A stretch of DNA of 64,000 nucleotides, from the NCBI GenBank assembly GCA_026395965.1, contig JAPLXS010000012.1, forward strand, positions 36,116 through 100,115, given 5' to 3'. The notes below the pieces were generated by a model. It was not told where the DNA came from, ran no database searches, and saw only the letters and a program-made list of their open reading frames with translations. Within the stretch, counting starts at the first letter, position 1. Every line of letters begins with the position of its first letter. Both the position numbers and the translations under genes were made by a program. This document shows, piece by piece, positions 18,945-29,218 of the stretch. This DNA comes from Candidatus Nomurabacteria bacterium (GTDB lineage: Bacteria; Patescibacteriota; Minisyncoccia; Phycocordibacterales; UBA9973).

Positions 18945-19637
18945 ATGAAAAATGAAACGGGAACTCTATATATAGTAGCAACTCCGATCGGAAATCTAGA
19001 GGATATCACACTTCGGGCACTTCGTGTTCTTAAGGAAGTTGATACTATTTTATGTGAAGATACTCGTACAACTCGAGTTTTGTTAAATAAATACGATATA
19101 CATACCAAAACTATGAGTTACAACGCTCATGCGACTGACAATAAAGAGTCAGTCATTATTAAGATGCTTAAAGAGGGTAAAAACCTGGCTCTAGTTTCCG
19201 ATGCTGGAACCCCATGTATTTCTGATCCGGGGGTTATGCTAGTAGCCAATGTTAAAAGTGAGCTAGGCGATGAATCAAAAGTTGTACCTATCCCTGGGCC
19301 GAGTGCTCTTGTCTCTGCTCTTTCAGCTAGTGGAGTATCATCGGCAGAATTTGTATTTTTGGGTTTTCTTCCTCACAAAAAGGGTAGAGAGACACTTTTT
19401 AAAGAGATAGCAAACAGCAAGAGGGTTATTGTTTTCTACGAGTCTACTCATAGGATTTTGAAAACATTGGCTTCTTTGGTATCTCACTCTCCAGAATTCC
19501 AGATTGTTATCGGAAGAGAAATTACAAAAACATTTGAAGAATTTGTTCACGGTACGCCCTCTGAAGTATTGGAATATTTTACTGTAAATACTGATAAGCA
19601 AAGAGGGGAATTTGTTGTGATTGTAGACCCTAAATAA
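18945..19637 (+). CDS. rsmI: 16S rRNA (cytidine1402-2'-O)-methyltransferase
   Basis: LYIVATPIGNLEDIT, CEDTR, VSDAGTPCISDPG, REITKTFEE. Confidence 0.96.
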   Translation: MKNETGTLYIVATPIGNLEDITLRALRVLKEVDTILCEDTRTTRVLLNKYDIHTKTMSYNAHATDNKESVIIKMLKEGKNLALVSDAGTPCISDPGVMLVANVKSELGDESKVVPIPGPSALVSALSASGVSSAEFVFLGFLPHKKGRETLFKEIANSKRVIVFYESTHRILKTLASLVSHSPEFQIVIGREITKTFEEFVHGTPSEVLEYFTVNTDKQRGEFVVIVDPK

Positions 19638-19655
19638 ATAAGATATAATAAAAAG

Positions 19656-19871
19656 ATGAGAAAAGAAAAAACATTATTTATCTTAGGTTTATGGGTGACA
19701 TTTTTATCATTTTTAGGTTTTTCACTTGCTTGGCGTAAATTCTTGTTTTTAATAACAGGTTTGTCTCTTATGTATTTAGCATATTTATTTTATCTAGAAG
19801 TTAAAGCTCGTTCATCAAAGGAAATGAGTCATCACAAAACATTTGTAGATAATGTAGTCGGTGGAGAATAA
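19656..19871 (+). CDS. Small 2-TM hypothetical protein
   Basis: Two hydrophobic helices; operonic spacing. Confidence 0.7.
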   Translation: MRKEKTLFILGLWVTFLSFLGFSLAWRKFLFLITGLSLMYLAYLFYLEVKARSSKEMSHHKTFVDNVVGGE

Positions 19872-19873
19872 AT

Positions 19874-21112
19874 ATGATATTTAAAAAAAATACGACAAAA
19901 TATGTTTTTATCGGCCTCGCAATTTTAATTTGTGGGGTTGTTGTTTATAAATTACTACCAATGGTTTATAGCAACGATCTAGAATACGACATAAATGAAT
20001 CTGTATATAAAAATATAAATGCAGAGAGTGATCCTTTGTCAGAAAATGCAACGACTGATCCAAAAGTAGATGGTACAGTAGCTCAAGCAGCTGATGCTAT
20101 AATCCCTGTGACTCATATAAAAACTCCAGAACACGTCAAAGCACTATATATATCTGGTTGGGTTGCTGGTACTACTGATTTCCTGAAATCTGTTGTTAAA
20201 ATAATAGATGAAACAGAAATAAATGCAGTAGTTATAGATATCAAAGATTCCACAGGGCGAATAAGTTTTGAACTAAATGATCCAGAAATACAAAAAATAG
20301 GAAGTTCTCAAAAGAGAATTAGAAATATAAGAGCACTCACAAATATGTTGCATTCCAAAAATATTTATATTATTGGAAGAATTGCCACATTTCAAGATCC
20401 ATATCTAACAAATCTAAAACCAGAATGGGCAATAAAGAAAATCAGCAATGGGGGAATATGGAAAGACAGAAAAGGTCTATCATTTTTAGATCCTACAAAT
20501 AAAGAAGTCCATAAATACATAGTATCTATTGGGTTGGATTCTTACAAAGAAGGTTTTGATGAATTAAATTTTGATTATATAAGATATCCATCAGATGGAG
20601 ATCTGAAAGATATAAATTACAATCTAGCCAAGGGTGAAACTCGATCAGATAATATGGAAAAATTCTTTAAATATCTATCAGGAGAAATAAAAAAGGATGA
20701 AAACATTCCAATGTCTGCCGATATTTTTGGTCTTACAACTGAAGCAAGTGACGATATGGGTATAGGTCAAGTTTGGGAAAAAGTGATTCCATATTTTGAT
20801 TTCGTTAGTCCTATGGTGTATCCGTCTCACTATCCACCTGGACATGCTGGATATAAAAAACCTGCATTGTATCCTTATGAGATTATAAATAAAGCTCTTA
20901 TTGGTGCAGTAAAAAAGACAAAGGCTGTAAATCAAGATATATTAAAGATCCGTCCATGGTTGCAAGATTTTGATATGGGAGCTGTGTATACTAAAGAGAT
21001 GGTAAGAGCTCAAATGAATGCAGTATATGACAATGGTCTAACATCTTGGATGTTGTGGGACCCAAGCAACAAATACACTCCATCAGCATTAAAACTAGAA
21101 GCAGCAAATTAA
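19874..21112 (+). CDS. Putative glycoside hydrolase (DUF4015-like)
   Basis: NAVVIDIKD, RIATFQD, GFDELNFDYIRYP, SPMVYPSHY, RPWLQDF. Confidence 0.8.
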   Translation: MIFKKNTTKYVFIGLAILICGVVVYKLLPMVYSNDLEYDINESVYKNINAESDPLSENATTDPKVDGTVAQAADAIIPVTHIKTPEHVKALYISGWVAGTTDFLKSVVKIIDETEINAVVIDIKDSTGRISFELNDPEIQKIGSSQKRIRNIRALTNMLHSKNIYIIGRIATFQDPYLTNLKPEWAIKKISNGGIWKDRKGLSFLDPTNKEVHKYIVSIGLDSYKEGFDELNFDYIRYPSDGDLKDINYNLAKGETRSDNMEKFFKYLSGEIKKDENIPMSADIFGLTTEASDDMGIGQVWEKVIPYFDFVSPMVYPSHYPPGHAGYKKPALYPYEIINKALIGAVKKTKAVNQDILKIRPWLQDFDMGAVYTKEMVRAQMNAVYDNGLTSWMLWDPSNKYTPSALKLEAAN

Positions 21113-21115
21113 TTT

Positions 21116-22351
21116 ATGAAAATTAAAATAAATAAAAATATTAATTTTAAAAAGATAGGAATTGTAATCGCATCAATTTTATTGGTTCTCGGTGCTATAG
21201 GATTTGGAATATATATCGGATATTCTCGCAGACCTGAAATAGAGAAAATTGCTTCTATCGTAAACAAAGAACCACAAGTAGAAACTTCTGCAGATTTTAG
21301 TTCTTTTTGGAAAGCATGGAATATTCTAAATGAAAAATCTATATATGCAAAGAAAACTAATGACCAAGATCGTGTCTGGGGCGCTATATCAGGGCTTGCA
21401 TCATCTATGGGAGACCCTTATACAGTATTTTTCCCACCAAAAGAGAATAAGTCTTTCAATGAAGAAATATTGGGTTCTTTTGAGGGTATAGGAGCAGAGA
21501 TAGGCATAAAAGACAAGATACTGACCATAGTATCCCCACTAAAAGATACTCCAGCCTTTATAGCTGGAATAAAAGCTGGTGATAAGATATTGAAAATAGA
21601 CAAAACTACTACTATGGGTATGACTATAGATCAAGCTATAGATATGATCCATGGGCCAGGTGGCTCTGTTGTTAAATTGTTGATCTTGCGTCCGGGAGAA
21701 AATGATACAAGAGAATTTTCTATTACTCGTGGTAGAATACAGATTCCAACTTTAGATACAGAACAACGCGCAGATGGTATTTTTGTAATAAAGCTTTATA
21801 ATTTTTCAGAAAAATCTGACACTTTATTTAAAGATGCAATTCTAAAATTTATTGATACTAAATCAAGTAAGCTTGTTATCGATCTAAGAGGTAATCCTGG
21901 TGGATACCTAGAGTCTGCTGTAAATATAGGATCATGGTTTATGGATGAAGGGAAAACAATACTAATCGAAGATTCTGTAAATGGAACAAAACCAAAGGTC
22001 TATAGAAGTCACGGACCAAGACTATTCAATGAAAATCTTTCTCTAGTTGTATTGGTAGATGGTGGTTCAGCTTCTGCTTCTGAGATATTAGCAGGTGCTC
22101 TAAAAGAACAAGGTATTGCAACTTTAGTAGGAGAAAAGACTTTTGGTAAGGGTTCAGTACAAGAACTAGTCAAAATAACCGATGATACATCACTCAAGGT
22201 TACTGTGGCAAACTGGCTCACACCAAATGGAGTTTCTATCTCATTGCAAGGATTAGAACCTGATGTAAAGGTTCCATTTACTGCAAAGGATGCTGAGGCC
22301 AAGGCAGACCCACAGATGGACAGAGCGGTCAAAATATTGAATTCAAAATAG
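21116..22351 (+). CDS. ctpA: Carboxyl-terminal processing protease (S41, PDZ domain)
   Basis: GDPYT, GIGA, DLRGNPGG, SASASEI, TFGKGSVQ. Confidence 0.93.
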   Translation: MKIKINKNINFKKIGIVIASILLVLGAIGFGIYIGYSRRPEIEKIASIVNKEPQVETSADFSSFWKAWNILNEKSIYAKKTNDQDRVWGAISGLASSMGDPYTVFFPPKENKSFNEEILGSFEGIGAEIGIKDKILTIVSPLKDTPAFIAGIKAGDKILKIDKTTTMGMTIDQAIDMIHGPGGSVVKLLILRPGENDTREFSITRGRIQIPTLDTEQRADGIFVIKLYNFSEKSDTLFKDAILKFIDTKSSKLVIDLRGNPGGYLESAVNIGSWFMDEGKTILIEDSVNGTKPKVYRSHGPRLFNENLSLVVLVDGGSASASEILAGALKEQGIATLVGEKTFGKGSVQELVKITDDTSLKVTVANWLTPNGVSISLQGLEPDVKVPFTAKDAEAKADPQMDRAVKILNSK

Positions 22352-22464
22352 TTTAAGAAGTTGAATCCATAAAATTTTTAAAAATAAATTATTATAAATT
22401 AATTATATTTTTCCTAAATAATATATCGTTACGATAATGTTGTTTAGGAAAAAAGTTTAGATGT

Positions 22465-22905
22465 ATGAAAGTAATTTTACTTACAGATATACCCAAAGTT
22501 GGAAATAGATATGATGTAAAAGATTTCAAAGAAGGTTATGCTCAAAATGTACTCTTAGCAAAAGGCTTGGCTGTCCTTGCTACAAAATCAGAATTAGCAA
22601 AAATAGAAGATAGAAAGAAAGCATCTGAAAAGAAAAGACTAGAAGAAGTAGAGTCATTCAATAATCTTATTTCATCTGTTGGTGGAAAGACTATCACAGT
22701 AAAAGCAAAAGCAAATGAAAAAGGCCATCTATTTAAAGCAGTAGGGGCTCATGACGTGGCTTTGGTTATTAAAGAAGCAACAGATATAGAAATAAGCGAA
22801 GATTCTATAAAAATGGATCATGTTAAAAATGTAGGATCCCATAAAGTTTTTATTAAAAAAGGGGATATGAAAGGTGAGTGTGAGATAGTTGTTGTGTCTA
22901 TGTAA
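22465..22905 (+). CDS. rplI: 50S ribosomal protein L9
   Basis: MKVILLTDIPKVG...GYAQNVL..KGLA. Confidence 0.92.
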   Translation: MKVILLTDIPKVGNRYDVKDFKEGYAQNVLLAKGLAVLATKSELAKIEDRKKASEKKRLEEVESFNNLISSVGGKTITVKAKANEKGHLFKAVGAHDVALVIKEATDIEISEDSIKMDHVKNVGSHKVFIKKGDMKGECEIVVVSM

Positions 22906-22947
22906 ATAAAAAACCCCTTAAGCAAAGCCTAGGGGATTTTTTATTTA

Positions 22948-23220
22948 TTATTTAACGTGAACGATTTTCTTAACTGAGGATGTTCTATTGAAATTAATTT
23001 TTCTTTTTGTTCCAAAACTAACTGTTCCTTCTTTAAGTGCAAAGAGAGTGTGATCTTTACCAAGTCCTACATTAGTTCCTGGAAGAATTCTTGTTCCTCG
23101 TTGACGTATGATGATTGATCCAGCTTTTGCTGTCTCTCCAGCGTAAAGTTTAGTACCGAGGTACTTTGGATTTGAATCTTTTAAGTTTTTAGCCGAACCT
23201 CCGGCTTTCCTATGTGCCAT
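22948..23220 (-). CDS. rpmA: 50S ribosomal protein L27
   Basis: [27 protein letters not shown]. Confidence 0.96.
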   Translation of the reverse strand: MAHRKAGGSAKNLKDSNPKYLGTKLYAGETAKAGSIIIRQRGTRILPGTNVGLGKDHTLFALKEGTVSFGTKRKINFNRTSSVKKIVHVK

Positions 23221-23270
23221 ATATTGTTATGCTAGTCAGTAGCCAATTTATTAATTATAATCAAGTACAT

Positions 23271-23666
23271 ATGAGTATACCTAATATTATCCATAAAATC
23301 AAGAGCAATAGTGGTATTGACAGTACGACTATTATGTTTCTATTAATAATAGTGGGGGTGGGGATAGGGTCATTCAGTTTAGGCAGAATATCTACTAATA
23401 ATAGCTCAAATGAAGATGCCTTAAATAATAAGGCTATTTATGCTGTAAAAACAGCTAATTTAGGTGATTTCACTGAAAGTAATGACAATACAGATAAAAC
23501 AACAAACTCCAAAGAAAAAATGTATGTTGCGTCAAAAAATGGTAAAATATACTATAGTATTGGATGTAGTGGTGCAAAGCGCATTAAGCCAATAAATGAA
23601 GTATGGTTCAGTAGTGCACAAGATGCAGAAAAATCTGGATTTAAAGCATCGGCTTCATGCAAATAA
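23271..23666 (+). CDS. Membrane protein with C-terminal Ada-like metal-binding domain
   Basis: TM followed by YVASKNGKIYY..C...I...N..WF.S...AE..G. Confidence 0.7.
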   Translation: MSIPNIIHKIKSNSGIDSTTIMFLLIIVGVGIGSFSLGRISTNNSSNEDALNNKAIYAVKTANLGDFTESNDNTDKTTNSKEKMYVASKNGKIYYSIGCSGAKRIKPINEVWFSSAQDAEKSGFKASASCK

Positions 23667-23667
23667 T

Positions 23668-24567
23668 ATGAAATCAATTTATAAAATCTTAATAGTTTTT
23701 TCATTTATACTATCTTTATATGCTGCAAGAGGCGATATTATGATGGTTATAAATAAAATACCTTCAGTCAATAGAGTGATAAGTTATAACAAAAGCCAGT
23801 TTATTAAATTGGTAGAAACAGAGGTAGTACCAATAGTAAAAAAATCTGAGATACCAGGACCCTTGCGTGTTGTTAGTGATTATCTAAAAGGCAATACTTC
23901 ACTAGACAAAAATAATGTAATAAAGATTACAAATAAATACAGAAAAGAAAATGGTAATCTTGGTGCATTGGTAGATAGTCCAAAACTGGATTTATCAGCA
24001 CAGAAAAAATTAAAAGACATGTTTGATGGTCAATATTTCGAACATGTATCACCAAGTGGTTTGAGTGTTGGAGATCTTGGAGGTCAGGTTGGGTATGAAT
24101 ACATCTTGATAGGAGAAAACCTAGCTCTTGGTAACTTCAAGAATGACTTGGGCTTAGTCGACGCATGGATGGCTAGTCCAGGTCATAGAGCCAATATTCT
24201 TAATACACACTACACTGAAATCGGAGTTGCTGTCGGTAAAGGCAAATATGAAGGCAAAAATGTTTGGATCGCTGTACAGCATTTTGGTACACCAAAGAGT
24301 ATATGCCCAGAGATAGATCAGTCTCTTCGAAATACCATAGAAATGAATAGAATAAAAATAAAAAATATGGAGAATGATTTTAATATAAGAAAGTCTAATT
24401 TGGACCTAAAATCTATTATTGAAGGGAATACTTATTTTGAACAAATAAATAAATATAATAATCTAATTGAAGTTTATAATAAATTATCAGCAGATACAAA
24501 ACAAGAAGTTGATGATTACAATGTACAGATTGCAGAGTTTAATCTCTGCCTAGCAAACAATCAGTAG
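23668..24567 (+). CDS. CAP/SCP-domain secreted protein
   Basis: TNKYR, YFEHVSP, GENLA, AWMASPGHRANIL, VQHFG. Confidence 0.88.
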   Translation: MKSIYKILIVFSFILSLYAARGDIMMVINKIPSVNRVISYNKSQFIKLVETEVVPIVKKSEIPGPLRVVSDYLKGNTSLDKNNVIKITNKYRKENGNLGALVDSPKLDLSAQKKLKDMFDGQYFEHVSPSGLSVGDLGGQVGYEYILIGENLALGNFKNDLGLVDAWMASPGHRANILNTHYTEIGVAVGKGKYEGKNVWIAVQHFGTPKSICPEIDQSLRNTIEMNRIKIKNMENDFNIRKSNLDLKSIIEGNTYFEQINKYNNLIEVYNKLSADTKQEVDDYNVQIAEFNLCLANNQ

Positions 24568-24637
24568 TTTTGCCCATATATGTAGAGAGGGGTATGACTT
24601 TTGGAGTCATCTAAAGGCTATGTAAAAATGAATAACA

Positions 24638-24665
24638 GTGTCGCACAATATATCTTTTACGACAC
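24638..24665. other. Putative dif-like Xer recombination site (11-6-11)
   Basis: GTGTCGCACAA-TATATC-TTTTACGACAC with near-palindromic arms, at a switch in gene orientation. Confidence 0.5.
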
Positions 24666-24915
24666 TAATATATAAAATTAAGCTATATTTTTAAACATAT
24701 TATATATCAATACAAATTTTCATTTATTATATCTTGATCCGGGTATTTTTATACTTATTTAATTGGGCTGGTACCCTGTCTTTGAGTCTAGTGTCCCCTA
24801 ATTATTTATATTCAAAATATTTTTAAATTTTAAAATAAAAAAACTTCAGAAAATAAATAAATTTTCTGAAGTTTAAATTGTTGACAGTAATATTAAATAT
24901 GTTGTAATAATGAAA

Positions 24916-25233
24916 TTATAAATAATATCCTAAAAAAGGAAAAACACATGATGGTCTATAATTACTTTCTTGAGTCTGATCTATACTAGTATCGATTGCA
25001 TTGTTTTTGTTTAGATAGACTTCTTTATGATCATCATTGTTGTTTTTAGTAATATTCTTCATATTTGTATTTTTTGTATTACTACAAATTACCATGTCTT
25101 TTTTAGATACAATACTATTTTTATTTGTAGTATTTGTATCTGTTTTTTTTCTTTTTACCGTTATTTTTTCTGGTTGCTTTTCTACAGAATTTTTTCTGTG
25201 AGCACTCCGAGGAGGTTTTGTTCTATTTTTCAT
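24916..25233 (-). CDS. Hypothetical low-complexity protein
   Basis: 105-aa K/N/T-rich ORF. Confidence 0.4.
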   Translation of the reverse strand: MKNRTKPPRSAHRKNSVEKQPEKITVKRKKTDTNTTNKNSIVSKKDMVICSNTKNTNMKNITKNNNDDHKEVYLNKNNAIDTSIDQTQESNYRPSCVFPFLGYYL

Positions 25234-25316
25234 ATTATAAAGAATTAAAGTTTTTATTATAATATCAGATATCTTATATAATGTACATTAAACAACTTAC
25301 AATAATCTACTGTAGA

Positions 25317-25550
25317 TTATTGTAAGTTGTTTATACTTCCAGCGTCTGTAATTTGTTTAAATCCTGCTTTTTCCATAAGAGTTTTAGCCATCATAGATCT
25401 ATTGCCAGATTCGCAGTACAGTGATATCTCTGTATTTTTATCTATATTGGGATAAATACCTTCCAACATATCCATAATATCGTGAAGAATAGCATCCTTT
25501 ATGTGACCTTGTTCGTATTCACCTTTTGTTCTTACATCAATTAAAATCAT
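25317..25550 (-). CDS. Rhodanese-like protein
   Basis: IDVRT..EY..GHI..A, YCESGNRS. Confidence 0.9.
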   Translation of the reverse strand: MILIDVRTKGEYEQGHIKDAILHDIMDMLEGIYPNIDKNTEISLYCESGNRSMMAKTLMEKAGFKQITDAGSINNLQ

Positions 25551-25639
25551 ATATGATATTATAACTTAATATTTGGTATATTTCTATATTAAAAAACACC
25601 TTCAGGACCTAAATCCTAAAGGTGTTTATATTTTATAGA

Positions 25640-25903
25640 TTAAAGTGTTTTTAAATCACTATCTATAGTTTTTAAATCTTGAGTGCTTGTATCAGTTAAA
25701 TCAATTTTATTTAAGCTGTTGTTTATATCAGTTGTAGTATCTGAAGATATGGCTTGGTTAAAATCAATCTCGGCTTGTGTTGTTGTAGGTGTGTCAGATA
25801 TTTTTTTATCTTCCTCTTTATACTTTTTTAAAAAGACAATTACAACAGCTGATATGATTACAATGATTATAGCTACTAGCATTAGTTTATTATTTTTCTT
25901 CAT
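25640..25903 (-). CDS. Small single-TM hypothetical protein
   Basis: N-terminal TM; directly downstream of 25910..26794. Confidence 0.75.
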   Translation of the reverse strand: MKKNNKLMLVAIIIVIISAVVIVFLKKYKEEDKKISDTPTTTQAEIDFNQAISSDTTTDINNSLNKIDLTDTSTQDLKTIDSDLKTL

Positions 25904-25909
25904 AAATAT

Positions 25910-26794
25910 TTAGTTAGTACTTGTAGTGTTTGTATTGTCGACCGCATTAGAAATTGTATTTTCATCTACATTTGGTACTTTAGCGAGTATTTTTGCTAGA
26001 TCTTTTACGGTTGTATGCGCTGATTTAACTTTAACATTTAAACTTTTCATATCAGTATTAAATAAATCACGGAGTTTTTTCATTTCTGCTTTTAGTGTAA
26101 CCTCATCATTTATTGTAGTTGATATTGTATATTGTTTTGATATTTGAATTTTTATAGCATTTTCTGCTGATAGTATTGCATTGTCTACCTCAGCTTGTTT
26201 TGCTGATAATGTAGATATATCTATTATCTTATTTTCAGCTTTAGAAATACGAGACTTAATACTAATCAAAACATTTTTTATTTTATTCAATTTTTCTGTA
26301 AGTTGGTTTGTTCTATTTAAATTTAATTCATTTAAATTATTTACAATTTTTTCTGCAGAAGCTTTTTTCTTTTCATCCTTAATTTTAGAAATATTTTCTT
26401 TGAAAGCTGTTTTCATTTCTGCTGTTTTCAATTTTATTTCCTCCTTATTATTTTCTATTTGTTTCTTGAATTCATTTCGTGTATTTTTTATCTGCTGTAA
26501 TTCTTGTTCCATTTTAACCCTGTATTCTGCATTTTTTGCCTTTTGTTCTACTCTTAAATTTTTTAGTACATTTTCTCTTTTTGGCTTTTCAGGACCTTTT
26601 TCTATCTCTCCTGGGCATTTTGCAAATTCACAATTTGGACCTGTACGGCCAACACCAGAACCATCTGGACATATTTTGGCTTCTGCTGTACAAGCTATTG
26701 CAGGTTCTATATCTTCAGCATGAGCTACAAAAGCAGCAAAGACTGACATAAGTATAATAAAAGAAGAAACACTATATTTTATATTTTTTTTCAT
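25910..26794 (-). CDS. Secreted coiled-coil protein with Cys-rich motif
   Basis: Signal peptide AHA; ACTAEAKICPDGSGVGRTGPNCEFAKCP motif typical of CPR proteins; long coiled coil. Confidence 0.75.
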   Translation of the reverse strand: MKKNIKYSVSSFIILMSVFAAFVAHAEDIEPAIACTAEAKICPDGSGVGRTGPNCEFAKCPGEIEKGPEKPKRENVLKNLRVEQKAKNAEYRVKMEQELQQIKNTRNEFKKQIENNKEEIKLKTAEMKTAFKENISKIKDEKKKASAEKIVNNLNELNLNRTNQLTEKLNKIKNVLISIKSRISKAENKIIDISTLSAKQAEVDNAILSAENAIKIQISKQYTISTTINDEVTLKAEMKKLRDLFNTDMKSLNVKVKSAHTTVKDLAKILAKVPNVDENTISNAVDNTNTTSTN

Positions 26795-26979
26795 CCAATT
26801 TTTATTGTATATATTATATTTTTTATAAAAACAATATATATTAATTAAATTATAATAAACTTTTAATTTTGCACAGATTTTATTGTAAACTGCGACCGCT
26901 GTTTACAATCTAATAATTATAAACATATTTAATACGTAAAGCAAAATAAAAAATCCCTATATTTATAAGGACTTTTTAT

Positions 26980-27951
26980 TTAGTTTATAACACTATTTAT
27001 AACTTTCCCTGTTTCAAATGCAGATATTATGTTTTTGGCAGCTATTTCTGCCATCATATCACGAGCTGATTGACGTGCAGAAGCAATATGTGGTGTAAGT
27101 ATTACATTTGATAATCTATTCAAGCCCAGAGTAAGTTTTGGTTCAAATTCATATACATCCAAAGCTGCTCCACAAATAATCTTATTTTTTAAGGCAAATA
27201 CCAATGCTTTTTCATCTACGACAGGTCCTCTTGATGTATTAATCAAAAATGCAGTTTTTTTCATTGAAGCTAGAGATTTTTTGTCTATAAGATGATGAGT
27301 TGAGTTGATGAGTGGAACATGTAGAGATATGATATCTGCTTCTTTTAAAACTTCTGATTTTTCTTTTTTTATTGAGTTAGTTGCCTTTTCGAGTTCAAAG
27401 TTTTGCACTAAGTCACTATATATAACATTCAAACCAAATCCATAATGAAGCATTTTTGCAACTTCTGTTCCTATTTGTCCAACTCCTATTAATCCAATAG
27501 TTTTATTTTTTAAATCTGTTCCTATGAGCAAATCTGGATCCCATCCTTTGTATTTGCCTTTGCGCATAAATCTATCGCCTTCTGTTATTCTTGTAGTAAG
27601 TGCCATTATCAGTGCTACAGTATGCTCTGCTACTGCAGTAGAAGATATTCCTGGTGTATTTGAAACGCAGATATTTCTAGCTTTAACTTCAGAAATATCT
27701 ACGTTGTTGTAACCGACAGAAAAATTTGCACATACTTTTATGGTTGGACAAGCATTAAAAATATCTTTATCGAGTGGATCAGTCAAAAAAGAAATAATAC
27801 CATCGTATGGTTTTTTCTTTAATGCTTTAACTATCTCTTTTTTTGTTGGAGGAAATTTTGATTTACCAATATCAAAGCTAATCCCCTTTTCTCTAAGTAG
27901 ATTAAGTCCTGCCTCTGGTATTTTTCTAGTTATGTATATTTTTTTATCCAT
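26980..27951 (-). CDS. D-2-hydroxyacid dehydrogenase (glyoxylate reductase / D-glycerate dehydrogenase-like)
   Basis: VGYNNVD, NTPG, GVGQIG, INTSRGPVVDE, LDVYEFEP, TPHIASA. Confidence 0.92.
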   Translation of the reverse strand: MDKKIYITRKIPEAGLNLLREKGISFDIGKSKFPPTKKEIVKALKKKPYDGIISFLTDPLDKDIFNACPTIKVCANFSVGYNNVDISEVKARNICVSNTPGISSTAVAEHTVALIMALTTRITEGDRFMRKGKYKGWDPDLLIGTDLKNKTIGLIGVGQIGTEVAKMLHYGFGLNVIYSDLVQNFELEKATNSIKKEKSEVLKEADIISLHVPLINSTHHLIDKKSLASMKKTAFLINTSRGPVVDEKALVFALKNKIICGAALDVYEFEPKLTLGLNRLSNVILTPHIASARQSARDMMAEIAAKNIISAFETGKVINSVIN

Positions 27952-27959
27952 TGTTTGTA

Positions 27960-28757
27960 TTATCCAATATGAGTTATATTTTTATGTTTTTCAGCCTCTA
28001 GTGCTATTTTTTCCATTATAGATACTGCTTCTATTGGGTATTTACCTTTTGCAGACTCTTCTGAGAGCATTACACCGTCGGCTCCATCTAGTATTGCATA
28101 AGCAACATCTGAGACTTCTGCTCTTGTAGGTTTTGGATTTTCTACCATAGACAAAAGCATTTGAGTAGCAACTATAACCATTTTACCAGATTTTTTACAT
28201 TCTTGAATTATTTTATGTTGTATAAATGGTATTTCTTCAAGTGGAAATTCATTGCCTAGATCTCCTCTTGCTACCATTATGGCATCTGTACATTCTAAAA
28301 TTTCAGAAAGATTTTGGACTGCTAATTTTCTTTCTATTTTTGCTATAACTTTTTGGTTGCCACCTCTTTCTTTTATTAATTCTTTTAATTTGATTATATC
28401 AGATGCAGTTCCAACAAAAGACAAGGCAATATAATCTACACCTTGCTCAATTCCGAAAGTTAAATCAGATATATCTTTTTCTGTTATTACTTCTTGGTCT
28501 TTTTCTCCTCCAAAGTGATGTTCAGATCCTTCTTGTACTCTTGGACCAGATAAATCCTGTATTATTGGGATGTATTTGTTGTATTCATTTTTTGATATTT
28601 CACGAATATTTTTAATGAGTTCTGTGTGCCATTCGTGTGTGCCCCATGAGAAATTTAAACGGACTATATCCATACGGTGTGAAATAAGAGCAGAAATTAT
28701 TTCTCTACTATTACTTGCTGGACCTATCGTAGCTACTATTTTTGTTGCTGATTCCAT
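27960..28757 (-). CDS. pyk: Pyruvate kinase, minimal form (barrel only)
   Basis: [57 protein letters not shown]. Confidence 0.88.
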   Translation of the reverse strand: MESATKIVATIGPASNSREIISALISHRMDIVRLNFSWGTHEWHTELIKNIREISKNEYNKYIPIIQDLSGPRVQEGSEHHFGGEKDQEVITEKDISDLTFGIEQGVDYIALSFVGTASDIIKLKELIKERGGNQKVIAKIERKLAVQNLSEILECTDAIMVARGDLGNEFPLEEIPFIQHKIIQECKKSGKMVIVATQMLLSMVENPKPTRAEVSDVAYAILDGADGVMLSEESAKGKYPIEAVSIMEKIALEAEKHKNITHIG

Positions 28758-28881
28758 AAATATATCCTTAATTATTAGTACTTTTTTAGTATACAATAAA
28801 AAAATTATGTTTTCAATATTTGTATTTTATAATTAAGAAATAATAATTTAAAAACACCCACAAATGGGTGTTTTTAAATTA

Positions 28882-28947
28882 TTATTTCTTTGGTGTAACT
28901 TTTTTTGGTTTCTTTACTTCCTTACGAGCACCTGTACCTTTTGCCAT
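28882..28947 (-). CDS. 21-aa Lys-rich small protein
   Basis: MAKGTGARKEVKKPKKVTPKK*; stop codon lies inside a long terminator hairpin. Confidence 0.55.
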   Translation of the reverse strand: MAKGTGARKEVKKPKKVTPKK

Positions 28948-29036
28948 ATATTTAAAAATTTAATTTATTAATAATGCATTTATTGTACCACTAATAATCT
29001 ATTTTAAAAAATACGAAAATGAATTATACTATACAA

Positions 29037-29204
29037 ATGGATAATGAAAATGATGAAAAAGAAAAAATAGAAGCAAAAGATCCAGTATGTCCTCGTTGTG
29101 GCCTACGTTCTTACGACGATATGTGTAAAAATTGTGGAACTCCCATCGTTGATAAAAGTGACGATGAAGATGAGGATTATAATTGGAGAGAAAAATACAG
29201 ATAA
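29037..29204 (+). CDS. Small zinc-ribbon protein
   Basis: CPRCG...CKNCG with acidic tails. Confidence 0.65.
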   Translation: MDNENDEKEKIEAKDPVCPRCGLRSYDDMCKNCGTPIVDKSDDEDEDYNWREKYR

Positions 29205-29218
29205 TTATCTGTATTTTT

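Noticed and set aside
25265-25300. Second dif-like candidate (ATATAATGTACATTAAAC)
   Set aside because: Poor arm symmetry and match; explained by AT richness.
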